This document shows positions 19,746 through 27,498 of a DNA stretch of 27,498 nucleotides, in pieces. The position numbers were made by a program, and so were the translations under genes. Under the pieces are notes generated by a model. The model saw nothing but the letters and a program-made list of their open reading frames with translations, had not been told where the DNA came from and made no database searches. The DNA is from a virus (lineage: Duplodnaviria; Caudoviricetes), in IMG/VR virus record IMGVR_UViG_3300007538_000135, positions 1 through 27,498 of that record; one strand, 5' to 3'. How positions within the stretch are numbered: position 1 is the first letter of the stretch; each line of letters starts with the position of its first letter.

Positions 19746-20624
19746 TTAAGTGTTCCACGCATTTCCAAATAAATCAATATGTAATCTTGGAGAATATCGC
19801 CAACCATTTTGCAAAGCAATGTTAGCAACTGTAGTAGAATTAAAAGAATATTCTTCTGATCTACCTCCAACTGGCATAACATACACTGGGCAATTAATAT
19901 TTACACTACGATAGTCTTCAATTGCTGAAATAACTTCGTTAACATCGTTGCTATCCATAATAACAAATTTAAAATACATGTTACTGTTATTAACACTATA
20001 ATATTCAAAAGCAACATCGTTCCTAATAGCATCAGTTCTACATTCACCGGAAACTGATAGTTTTGGAGAGCAACTCCAAGTGATTTTAATTTTCGTTTGA
20101 TCATTAAGGTAATCCTTAAATTCTTGATGTAATCGTTGTGTTGTATTAGTTTCAAATGTTACATTTTTTAAATTTTTCATTTTTGGATGATTAAACAAGC
20201 TAATGTAGATTTTTTGCCATCCTAATAACGGTTCACCACCTGTAATTATTAAGTGTATGTCTTGCCCGTCGTTTGTTACCCAATCGTTATTTGGAGTTAA
20301 CGATATTAACTTGTCTACTAATTCATCTACTGTACTATCGGTTGCGTACTTTTTAAATTCAGGATATACACTAGCATAAGTATCGCAACCTGTTTTTATA
20401 ATTGGCAACTCTTCAAAGGTATTTATGTTTGACAATATATTATTATCAAGGAGTGATTTAACTTCTGCATTATATTTTTGTTTTTTAGTATCTCGAGGTA
20501 ATCCAAAACCTTGACATCTAAAGTTGCACCCGAATGTACGTAAAAATACACTAGGTACACCGGCATGCAGACCTTCACCTTGAATTGAATAAAAGCACTC
20601 TGTATAACGAAGTTTTTGTGTCAT
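19746..20624 (-). CDS. queE: 7-carboxy-7-deazaguanine synthase QueE-like radical SAM enzyme (likely start MTQKLRY at 20624)
   Basis: E.FYSIQGEG...GVPSVFLRTFGC, CDT, IITGGEPLL, FETN.T, SPKL, FKFV, YVMP, SPRLH.DLFGN motifs; AAGGA RBS precedes the ATG at 20624, whereas the track start (20660) lies inside the promoter. Confidence 0.88.
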   Translation of the reverse strand: MTQKLRYTECFYSIQGEGLHAGVPSVFLRTFGCNFRCQGFGLPRDTKKQKYNAEVKSLLDNNILSNINTFEELPIIKTGCDTYASVYPEFKKYATDSTVDELVDKLISLTPNNDWVTNDGQDIHLIITGGEPLLGWQKIYISLFNHPKMKNLKNVTFETNTTQRLHQEFKDYLNDQTKIKITWSCSPKLSVSGECRTDAIRNDVAFEYYSVNNSNMYFKFVIMDSNDVNEVISAIEDYRSVNINCPVYVMPVGGRSEEYSFNSTTVANIALQNGWRYSPRLHIDLFGNAWNT

Positions 20625-20634
20625 GAATAGATCC

Positions 20635-20676
20635 TTAATAGTGTTACAAATATGTAACATATTGTAACACTATTAA
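20635..20676. repeat. 42-bp near-perfect palindrome (candidate operator or hairpin)
   Basis: ttaatagtgttacaa-a-tatgt-a-acata-ttgtaacactattaa: 15-bp perfect outer arms plus a 5-bp inner palindrome. Confidence 0.85.
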
Positions 20677-20689
20677 TAGTAGAAGTCAA
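20661..20689 (-). promoter_or_regulatory. sigma70-type (early/middle) promoter for the queE-rnh operon
   Basis: Minus strand TTGACT (20689-20684), 17-nt spacer, TACAAT (20666-20661) with an extended -10 TG. Confidence 0.75.
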
Positions 20690-20696
20690 AGGTTTA

Positions 20697-23153
20697 TTAA
20701 GGTAATGGTTGATCGTTTTGTTTAATTTTCTTTTGCATTGCTAAGGTTAATTTGTGATACAATTTAGGATTAGTTTGAACTAACTCTAGTGCGGTACTTT
20801 CATCAATTGCATTATTAACGTCTTGGTTATTGATTAAACTAGGCTCTTTAATTACTGCATAGTTAGCTAATTCTGCATAATACGGTTGTGTAGACAGTAC
20901 TGTGTTTATATGCCTAGGATTCTTCTTAATCTTATCAAAGTCTATTTTATATTGATTAAGTGACACCGAACGATTATGCCTGTTAATAATAATATTGGGA
21001 ATAGTACGTTCAATTAACTCAAAGATTTCATTGCTAACAGGACGAGTTAAAAGGTCTAAAAATTTATTAACAGGATCATTGTAAATAATTTTAGTTCCAG
21101 AATATATTTGTTGCCATGCAGGAGTACTATACATACTTAAAAGTGACTGTGTCGCAAGCATTTGTAACTCGTTAGATTGGGGGAATAATGCTATGTTTCC
21201 ATACCACTTTTTCACTAACGCAACTTGAATGTTTTTTGTTATGTATGGTTTAATTGATGCATAATGAGGCGACCCTCCATTTTCAATATATTTAATCAGC
21301 AAGTCTTCTGTAACATACTCTTTAGGAATTGCTGATACGTCGCGAGTTACTTGCAGATACATACTTGCATTAGTTTTGTTCCATGAATTTTGATTCTTAG
21401 CTAATACTGAAAAACTTGAGCCGAAACGACCATTCTTTAGTAAAGAATAGAATATTGCTTGACAAACAAATTTAGTTCGATGTTTTTCAGAAAGATTGTC
21501 ATATAATACTTGAGAATTAAAAGACCCAAGAACTGAATGGTAATAATGTACTAGCACATCCATTATTAATTCGTTAAGTTCTTTATCTGAAATATCATCG
21601 TTAAGATGTTTTACACATGATGGATCTTTTTTTATCGCATATGCTGCTAATGCCATGTACCTAGGAGTGTCGTGCGGAATTATTGATAAATTATGTGCAT
21701 TTCGTTTTAATGAATTTTTAACAGTAATATAATTAAAATACTTTTCATCCAGATCAGATAATAGTATAATACCTTTTGACACTGCAAATGCGATTATTTT
21801 ATTTTGCTGGTTTTTTGGTAGTGTATCTAACGGAACTTCAGATAATGATCCCGAATGGCTTAAATACTCTTTTATAGTATCAACATTAGTTTTTTGATCG
21901 TCTGGGAGATATATATAAAAATAGTATTTAAATGCGTTAATAACAGGCTGTAGTTTTTTTATATTTTCACTAGAAGGTAATAAATCTGTTTTAATAACAT
22001 ACAAAATACTAGAATACTCGTCAAAACTTGCAAGTGAATCGGCTAATTTGATTACTAAACTTGAAAGCAGTTTATCAGGTAGTTCAGAAAACAACTTAAC
22101 AAGCATATTAGGATTGTTATATACTACTGAAGTTAAGTAATCTTCGTTTAACTCTGCCGAAGGGACATTTCTCCATTTTGAGCCATATCTATCAAAAGTA
22201 GTTGCTGCCGAACCTAGTCGTTTAATTGTAGAGTTAAATTCATTATGATTATATACGTTTTTGCTTAGGTAAAAAACACCATCTAGTTTTCTTGATTCGT
22301 TAACTGAATTAACCCAATTTACAACGATATCTACAAACTCTTCTGGATAAGAACCATGTTTTGAATAAACTCTATCATGAGCACCGAATGCAATAGTATA
22401 GTCATCTTCATTAATGAACGGTTTAATTGCTATACGTGCATGTGGATCATCGAGGGCTATATCATCATTATCGATTAAATATGCTACTATAACACCTTCT
22501 GCAATATCAGTTGGAATATACTTAGCATTTGATCCTGTGTCCAAATTAAGACATGATTCCCATTTTTTCCCTGTAGACATTTCTGCAACATCATATTTAT
22601 TTCTTGATATAACAACAAGTTGTTTAGCCTGACTTTTATTTTTAACTAATGGATCTGTTTCAAATTTACGCAGTAACGACTGATCTTTAATTACATTTTT
22701 TAAAATACTACCTATCTTTACAACACGAGGGTTTGATAGTTTTTTAACAATTCCTTTTTGATAATCCACTAATTCAAAGTTCATCTTATTGATTTTTAAT
22801 ATTACAGAAGGATCTGGTATTAGATTTTTGTTAGTTCTAGCAGGATCGTCATGATACAACTTTAGAGTTTTTTTATCCTTATTAAGAACTTTTTCTAATG
22901 ACATCTTAATATCTTTAGCTGATTCAACTGCTAAACCTTTTTGATAGTCTGTAATAAAATACCCTGCATCCTGCAAAGCATGTACAACATCGTCATTTGG
23001 TTGATACGGTGATATAGGAATATAGATTCGATCTTCGTTACCAAATATATCATCCCATTGTGAAGGACTGTAATTTAGTTCTGATAATTGTTCATCTATC
23101 CATTTTTTATTTTCAAGATCTAATGCTTCTATAATAAGCTCTGCTATTCTCAT
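20697..23153 (-). CDS. Large hypothetical protein, probable capsid-internal protein with DUF4116-like helical repeats (start 23153 or 23159)
   Basis: N-terminus MRIAELIIE-A resembles T4 capsid-targeting/prohead protease leaders; conserved-looking domain ISR..YDVAEMSTGKKWESC; C-terminal repeats of the type (I/V)P....T......A(V/I)..(N/D)P..(I/L). Confidence 0.7.
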   Translation of the reverse strand: MRIAELIIEALDLENKKWIDEQLSELNYSPSQWDDIFGNEDRIYIPISPYQPNDDVVHALQDAGYFITDYQKGLAVESAKDIKMSLEKVLNKDKKTLKLYHDDPARTNKNLIPDPSVILKINKMNFELVDYQKGIVKKLSNPRVVKIGSILKNVIKDQSLLRKFETDPLVKNKSQAKQLVVISRNKYDVAEMSTGKKWESCLNLDTGSNAKYIPTDIAEGVIVAYLIDNDDIALDDPHARIAIKPFINEDDYTIAFGAHDRVYSKHGSYPEEFVDIVVNWVNSVNESRKLDGVFYLSKNVYNHNEFNSTIKRLGSAATTFDRYGSKWRNVPSAELNEDYLTSVVYNNPNMLVKLFSELPDKLLSSLVIKLADSLASFDEYSSILYVIKTDLLPSSENIKKLQPVINAFKYYFYIYLPDDQKTNVDTIKEYLSHSGSLSEVPLDTLPKNQQNKIIAFAVSKGIILLSDLDEKYFNYITVKNSLKRNAHNLSIIPHDTPRYMALAAYAIKKDPSCVKHLNDDISDKELNELIMDVLVHYYHSVLGSFNSQVLYDNLSEKHRTKFVCQAIFYSLLKNGRFGSSFSVLAKNQNSWNKTNASMYLQVTRDVSAIPKEYVTEDLLIKYIENGGSPHYASIKPYITKNIQVALVKKWYGNIALFPQSNELQMLATQSLLSMYSTPAWQQIYSGTKIIYNDPVNKFLDLLTRPVSNEIFELIERTIPNIIINRHNRSVSLNQYKIDFDKIKKNPRHINTVLSTQPYYAELANYAVIKEPSLINNQDVNNAIDESTALELVQTNPKLYHKLTLAMQKKIKQNDQPLP

Positions 23154-23272
23154 TTCCATTCCATCGCTAAATAAAAATTATAAACAAACCGACAAGAGCC
23201 GACAATTTGATTTAATTGTTGTTCTTGTGTTTTATTAGGAAATAATCTATACTTATATTTCAATCGTTGCAT
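23150..23272 (-). pseudogene. tnpB: Truncated tnpB (IS200/IS605 OrfB N-terminal fragment), 40 aa
   Basis: Own translation: MQRLKYKYRLFPNKTQEQQLNQIVGSCRFVYNFYLAMEWK*, matching the TnpB N-terminal pattern YKYR.YP...Q...L....G..RFVYN..L; no RuvC or Zn finger follows. Confidence 0.88.
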
Positions 23273-23277
23273 AAGGA

Positions 23278-23285
23278 TATTTATC
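23278..23285 (-). promoter_or_regulatory. T4-like late promoter (GATAAATA) within the IS remnant
   Basis: TATTTATC on the + strand, 5 nt upstream of the tnpB-fragment ATG; same octamer as at 4726, 9634 and 16063. Confidence 0.6.
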
Positions 23286-23348
23286 AATTCGCTCTTATCC
23301 CCGACCTGAAGTTCGGGGTTTTACGCTCAACTGGATAAATTAATATAG

Positions 23349-23381
23349 AAAAATACGCTTTTATTGTAAAAGCGTATTTTT
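23349..23381. terminator. Rho-independent terminator (bidirectional form) downstream of the 1346-aa gene
   Basis: aaaaatacgctttta-ttg-taaaagcgtattttt: 15-bp perfect inverted repeat with A/T tracts on both flanks, 33 nt past the stop at 23415. Confidence 0.8.
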
Positions 23382-23414
23382 TAATTAAGTATCTAATATA
23401 GATGTACAGTTTTT

Positions 23415-26400
23415 CTAATTCCAATTATTATTAGCTCGATATTTAATAATGTATGCCGGTCTAAGCATCCACATATTATTTTGTCGCATATTTACATTAC
23501 TAATATCAACCCATTGATTATTAATTTTAACTTTTGGTTTTGATTGATAATAGTTACTTCCAAATAACTCAACTACTGGTAAACTCATAATTTTTGCCTC
23601 CTCATAAAATGCTCTGACTCTAGGAAATGAATAATACTCGGGTTCTGTATAGTTAGATTTTGGTGTAATTGCCCATTGATCAGTTCGACCGTATTGTTGA
23701 GGACTTTTCCAATTTAAAAATACGCATTCGTCTGATTTTGGATGATCTTTCACCAAATTAATCCACCATTCAATCGCTTCGGAGTAAATATGGTAAATTG
23801 TGTTTACACCGTCTTCCTCCCATAACAATCTCATTATATTATAAAGCAATGTGGCCGAAGGGCCTGGACATCCTAAACCACCTTCATACATAGTAAACGA
23901 TGGAATGATAACATCACCGTCTGTGTCTAACCCAAAAACATTTTCTCCAGTTTCTTCATTTACAACTTTGTAAATTTCATAATAATGATTATCTTCATAT
24001 GTTAGTTTAGTATGTAATCCTTCCCACGCATAATGTACTACTTCATTTAACGTCCAAGGATATAATGCTGGAGCTGCTAACTTTTCTAAGTCTAATACTT
24101 CTTTTTCTAAAAAGTCCGAATAATATCCGTTTTCTGTAATAGCATCATATGGAATCCCTAAAATGTTTTTTGTAAAATATTTTGCATATCGCCATACAGT
24201 AATTGTAGTGTATCTCCCAAACGTCCCTAAACACCGTATCAATCTACGTTTTTGTTGTTTAGGATCGTCCCATGAGCGATACGGTTGTAATAACCCATTA
24301 GAACCTGCAAATACAGAATCGAAAATATCAAATACATATTGGGAGTATTTTGCATATCCTAATAACGAAGCAGTATATGTAGGATTACCTGAAGTTTGCT
24401 CGTATTCAGGAAGTACTGATATTAAATTCTCATCTTGACCATATATACTTAAAAATTGCCCAGTTGCTAATGCACCGTTCCACGGTTCGTTACCACATTC
24501 TAAATATAACCGTAAGCTTGGATCTAAGTTATCTCTAAACATTGTAGCAATATGAATATAATATTCAGGAGGTGAAGCTACAGGCACATTTAACCAACAG
24601 TCTTGTTTAAGACGATTACATATTTCAATCATAATTTCGTGAGGTACGTTTACACCTTGATTAACATATGATGCGTGACTTAACTTACCCATCATTGAGA
24701 TATCACCTGCACAAAAGTGGTACACGTTAGCCCACGAATAGTCTAAAAATCTCTGACACTTAAACATTTCCTGTCTTTCTAAAAATTCAGGATAAAATTT
24801 TTCACCAGAGTCGTATAGCTCTAAGTATCTTTCTTCGACTAATTCAACATTTCTAATATGATTTGCTGGATTTGTAGATAACCATGTGATTAAAAAACCT
24901 GCTTGGGTTAAATGCCATAAAATTTCCGGTTCTTCTTGAGTATCAATGCCGTATTCCATATATACATCTTTGCCATCTGCTGTTCTACCAGAACAATCGA
25001 TATAATATGTAATGCTGTTTGATGTTCTTGAGATTTCTGTAACTGGATGCGACGACGCTGATAATCCTATAGTGTTTTCCATAGTAATATCCCCTTCCCC
25101 TTCCCATCGTAACACATATCTTCCAGATTGATGAAATGGAGGGATCATCATACTAGCACCGATATTACGCCAAGGTGATGAATTTCTAGCAGCCATCATA
25201 GAATACTTATATCCTGTTGGTATAATTCTAGGATATCCGTCGTCGTCCATATTTAAGTCATCTGTATGGTCAATTCTAAACTTTTTAATATACCAATATT
25301 TGCGACGCTTACTATCTAAATCAATGCTATTTGCTGTAAAGGGAGTGTCAACAGTTGCAACAACTGTAGATGGAGTCTCAACTGCTGATACAAATTTAGT
25401 ACCTTCAGCAACACCTTCACCGAGCATACGTTTATCGTATAGCACATCATTTAACAATTTATACCAGTCACCACCGTTATCTTTATCAATAATAAATGTA
25501 GTTTCGCCTGCATTAAATGTAATTTTACGAAAGATTAAGCGTGTCCCAAATGTTGAAAATGAATTATCTACACCATTACCATCTACAGATTTATCACGGT
25601 ATAACCAACCGTAATATTTAGTAGTTTGTGGGAAATAATAGCCATAGTCTACAGCATCTCTTGCAATACCTCCAGAAGCATGCTTAACAATGTTAAGAAA
25701 TATATTGTTAGTACCGTACCAGCTATTTCCTGTTTGATTTTGCCCGTGTTTATGTTTTGGGGTTCTATTCCAACTTTTAATATATGGAACTTTAATTTCA
25801 ATATCACCTATATAGTCTATCTTAGGATAAAATGCTTTAGCATTGCTTGCAATAAAACTAAAAGGATAAGATAACGGTTCAGGTTCATCTGGTACATAAG
25901 CATCAGCTGTAGCACCTTCGTTAATCATTAGTCCATATACATACGAAGACGCATACAACGGCGTCCACGGTAAGTATGCTGGATCAGGATTACCTTCTAT
26001 TAACGGTTGACTAGGTTGATTTAAAATAATTCTAAGAGGAATTGGTTTATATGAAAATCGTAACGGATCTGCAGTTCCAGGAGCCCATTGATAAAATAAT
26101 CGATTACCTTGAGATCGTGTTGTTGTAAATGTTAATTCTGCTCGATTCCATGTGCTAGTGTTAGTTGATACATAGTTTGATTGGTGTGTTGTTTGATCAA
26201 ACAATCGTAATGCACCGTAAAACTCAAGTTTTCCTTTTACAAATATTCCAACACCTACCGGCATTGTTTCATCGATTGTAACTGAACTAACATTTCCTTG
26301 ACTATCTGCTACATTAACCGAACCTACTGGAGGAGTAAAGCTATAAGATACTACAGACCATACATGTTGCAATGGATTAAATTGTTTAAAAATTTTAATA

Positions 26401-27498
26401 TGTTTTCTTCCAGTAGTATCATAAAATAAAATCCCCCAACCTTTTAAATCATGGTTCTCACTAGTCATTGTGTCATCATACGCCCATTCTGTAACACCAT
26501 AACCGTTAATTCTAGTATATTCACTTGCAATTTTACCCCAAAAATCAACACCAAACCGAGATGGAAGTATGCTGCGATCATGTTCTTGATATAAAAACGT
26601 GCAATTTTTAACTAGTAGTTCAACTTCTGATAAGTCAACATCATCAAGTAATGATACATCTCTAGATATTTGTGTACTTGCAGTAGCATCGTATGTAAAA
26701 ATCTCAGATGAAAAGTTAGCTGACGTAAATTGTAATGCTGCACCAACTCGCTCGTATAATTTTTTATCAGATGGAATAACTGCAGGTGATGATCGTTCTT
26801 CATTTACACTAGGAGTAATGATTATCTCTCCTTCAGATAATTCATTTTCAGTTATTTGAAACGATCCATTTTCAGTTTTCCATGAAATATGAGAAAATTC
26901 ATTGTTTGCTGCTTGATCTTCAAATCCTGTAAACCAGTTTCCAGATGTTCCTACTTGTAATGTTGCAACAGAATTTAAGTACTTAGTTTTAATCCATGTT
27001 GACACTGTGTACACTGTGCCTTCGACTAAGTCTGTTATCGACTTCCATTCAGCAGTCATACCAGATGCCGTTTCGATACTAACACCTTCAATTAAATCAG
27101 CAATATTGCCAATACCAAACTCGTTAAGTACTGGATCTACAGGTGACTCGACTAAGTTTGGATAAACTTTATTAACATTAGTATAGGAATATAGATATTC
27201 TAACCCGTCATCCGACAACCGATCAAATGTATTTCCATAAGGAACTGCATTTTTGCCTAATCTACTATATTGAGCATATCTAGTAACATCAAATAATGTA
27301 GTTATAGGGTCGCCATTACCATCTAATTCGTCAATTGACGGTGGAAATACATCCAATATTGACGGTGCATACGACATCGAATATGAATTATTTACTTGAT
27401 CTTGGTATACTATTGGAGAACTGCCTACTACTAATTGTGCTCCCCAAAGAGCCACGTCGGAAGTTGATGATATATCGATGTAATACTTGCAATTTGAA
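23415..27498 (-). CDS. Very large virion-associated protein (5' partial) with CBM-like modules and a clan GH-A-like glycoside hydrolase domain
   Basis: Frame stays open beyond 27455 to the window edge; LWGAQL..G and YTVSTWIK/TWNRAELTFTT CBM-like motifs; C-terminal FYPEFL..RFLD..VPHEIMIEICN...WLNVP...LYLECGNEPWN and YEGG motifs. Confidence 0.72.
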   Translation of the reverse strand, partial: SNCKYYIDISSTSDVALWGAQLVVGSSPIVYQDQVNNSYSMSYAPSILDVFPPSIDELDGNGDPITTLFDVTRYAQYSRLGKNAVPYGNTFDRLSDDGLEYLYSYTNVNKVYPNLVESPVDPVLNEFGIGNIADLIEGVSIETASGMTAEWKSITDLVEGTVYTVSTWIKTKYLNSVATLQVGTSGNWFTGFEDQAANNEFSHISWKTENGSFQITENELSEGEIIITPSVNEERSSPAVIPSDKKLYERVGAALQFTSANFSSEIFTYDATASTQISRDVSLLDDVDLSEVELLVKNCTFLYQEHDRSILPSRFGVDFWGKIASEYTRINGYGVTEWAYDDTMTSENHDLKGWGILFYDTTGRKHIKIFKQFNPLQHVWSVVSYSFTPPVGSVNVADSQGNVSSVTIDETMPVGVGIFVKGKLEFYGALRLFDQTTHQSNYVSTNTSTWNRAELTFTTTRSQGNRLFYQWAPGTADPLRFSYKPIPLRIILNQPSQPLIEGNPDPAYLPWTPLYASSYVYGLMINEGATADAYVPDEPEPLSYPFSFIASNAKAFYPKIDYIGDIEIKVPYIKSWNRTPKHKHGQNQTGNSWYGTNNIFLNIVKHASGGIARDAVDYGYYFPQTTKYYGWLYRDKSVDGNGVDNSFSTFGTRLIFRKITFNAGETTFIIDKDNGGDWYKLLNDVLYDKRMLGEGVAEGTKFVSAVETPSTVVATVDTPFTANSIDLDSKRRKYWYIKKFRIDHTDDLNMDDDGYPRIIPTGYKYSMMAARNSSPWRNIGASMMIPPFHQSGRYVLRWEGEGDITMENTIGLSASSHPVTEISRTSNSITYYIDCSGRTADGKDVYMEYGIDTQEEPEILWHLTQAGFLITWLSTNPANHIRNVELVEERYLELYDSGEKFYPEFLERQEMFKCQRFLDYSWANVYHFCAGDISMMGKLSHASYVNQGVNVPHEIMIEICNRLKQDCWLNVPVASPPEYYIHIATMFRDNLDPSLRLYLECGNEPWNGALATGQFLSIYGQDENLISVLPEYEQTSGNPTYTASLLGYAKYSQYVFDIFDSVFAGSNGLLQPYRSWDDPKQQKRRLIRCLGTFGRYTTITVWRYAKYFTKNILGIPYDAITENGYYSDFLEKEVLDLEKLAAPALYPWTLNEVVHYAWEGLHTKLTYEDNHYYEIYKVVNEETGENVFGLDTDGDVIIPSFTMYEGGLGCPGPSATLLYNIMRLLWEEDGVNTIYHIYSEAIEWWINLVKDHPKSDECVFLNWKSPQQYGRTDQWAITPKSNYTEPEYYSFPRVRAFYEEAKIMSLPVVELFGSNYYQSKPKVKINNQWVDISNVNMRQNNMWMLRPAYIIKYRANNNWN

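Larger units (their letters stand above)
23150..23340 (-). mobile_element. IS200/IS605-family (IS1341-like) remnant: end with subterminal hairpin plus tnpB 5' fragment
   Basis: Minus strand TTAT-CCAGTTGAGCGTAAAACCCCGAACTTCAGGTCGGGGATAAGAGC: GC-rich imperfect hairpin (23299-23318) typical of IS200/IS605 ends, 26 nt upstream of the tnpB fragment. Confidence 0.8.

Noticed and set aside
23150-23180. Programmed -1 frameshift fusing the TnpB fragment to the 820-aa protein
   Set aside because: The frames overlap for only a few codons and there is no canonical X XXY YYZ heptamer in frame; ATGA coupling is the simpler explanation.
23150-23340. Functional TnpB/omegaRNA system or IStron
   Set aside because: No RuvC/Zn-finger coding region, right end or group I intron core is visible; only the 5' remnant is present.
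15231-26859. Short + strand and alternate-frame ORFs nested in the - strand genes (e.g. 15231, 16420, 19901, 22414, 24163, 25300, 26599)
   Set aside because: Shadow ORFs of well-supported genes; no independent evidence.
27453-27455. GTG at 27455 as the true start of the 1346-aa gene
   Set aside because: The frame stays open to the window edge with no RBS, and the GTG falls inside a WGAQL-type domain motif; the gene is 5'-truncated.
1-27498. Stop-codon reassignment, tRNA genes, CRISPR array
   Set aside because: Long ORFs are intact in code 11 and end in TAA, TAG and TGA; intergenic gaps are short and show no cloverleaf or regularly spaced direct repeats.

Overview
AT-rich segment of a large tailed bacteriophage genome (T4-like/jumbo type, standard genetic code). 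The + strand (1-14707) is a virion structural module: the end of an upstream gene, a conserved 196-aa protein, three paralogous baseplate/tail-fibre proteins (one ending in a tail-collar domain, one in a YADLAE auto-chaperone-like domain) and two very large paralogous Ig-like repeat fibre/adhesin proteins. It converges at a 17-bp perfect inverted repeat with a - strand module: an Mtd_N-type fibre protein, several small conserved hypothetical proteins, a T4 RNase H-like 5'-3' exonuclease, a QueE-like radical SAM enzyme with an atypical CX3CX42C motif, an 820-aa probable capsid-internal protein, and a 5'-truncated >1346-aa protein with a clan GH-A-like glycoside hydrolase domain. T4-like late promoters (G/A)ATAAATA precede six genes. 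Not in the ORF track: an IS200/IS605-family remnant (subterminal hairpin plus 40-codon tnpB 5' fragment, 23150-23340) that appears to supply the late promoter and a coupled leader ORF for the 820-aa gene, and a 42-bp palindrome overlapping a sigma70 promoter upstream of queE. All product calls come from recognising motifs by eye; no database search was run.
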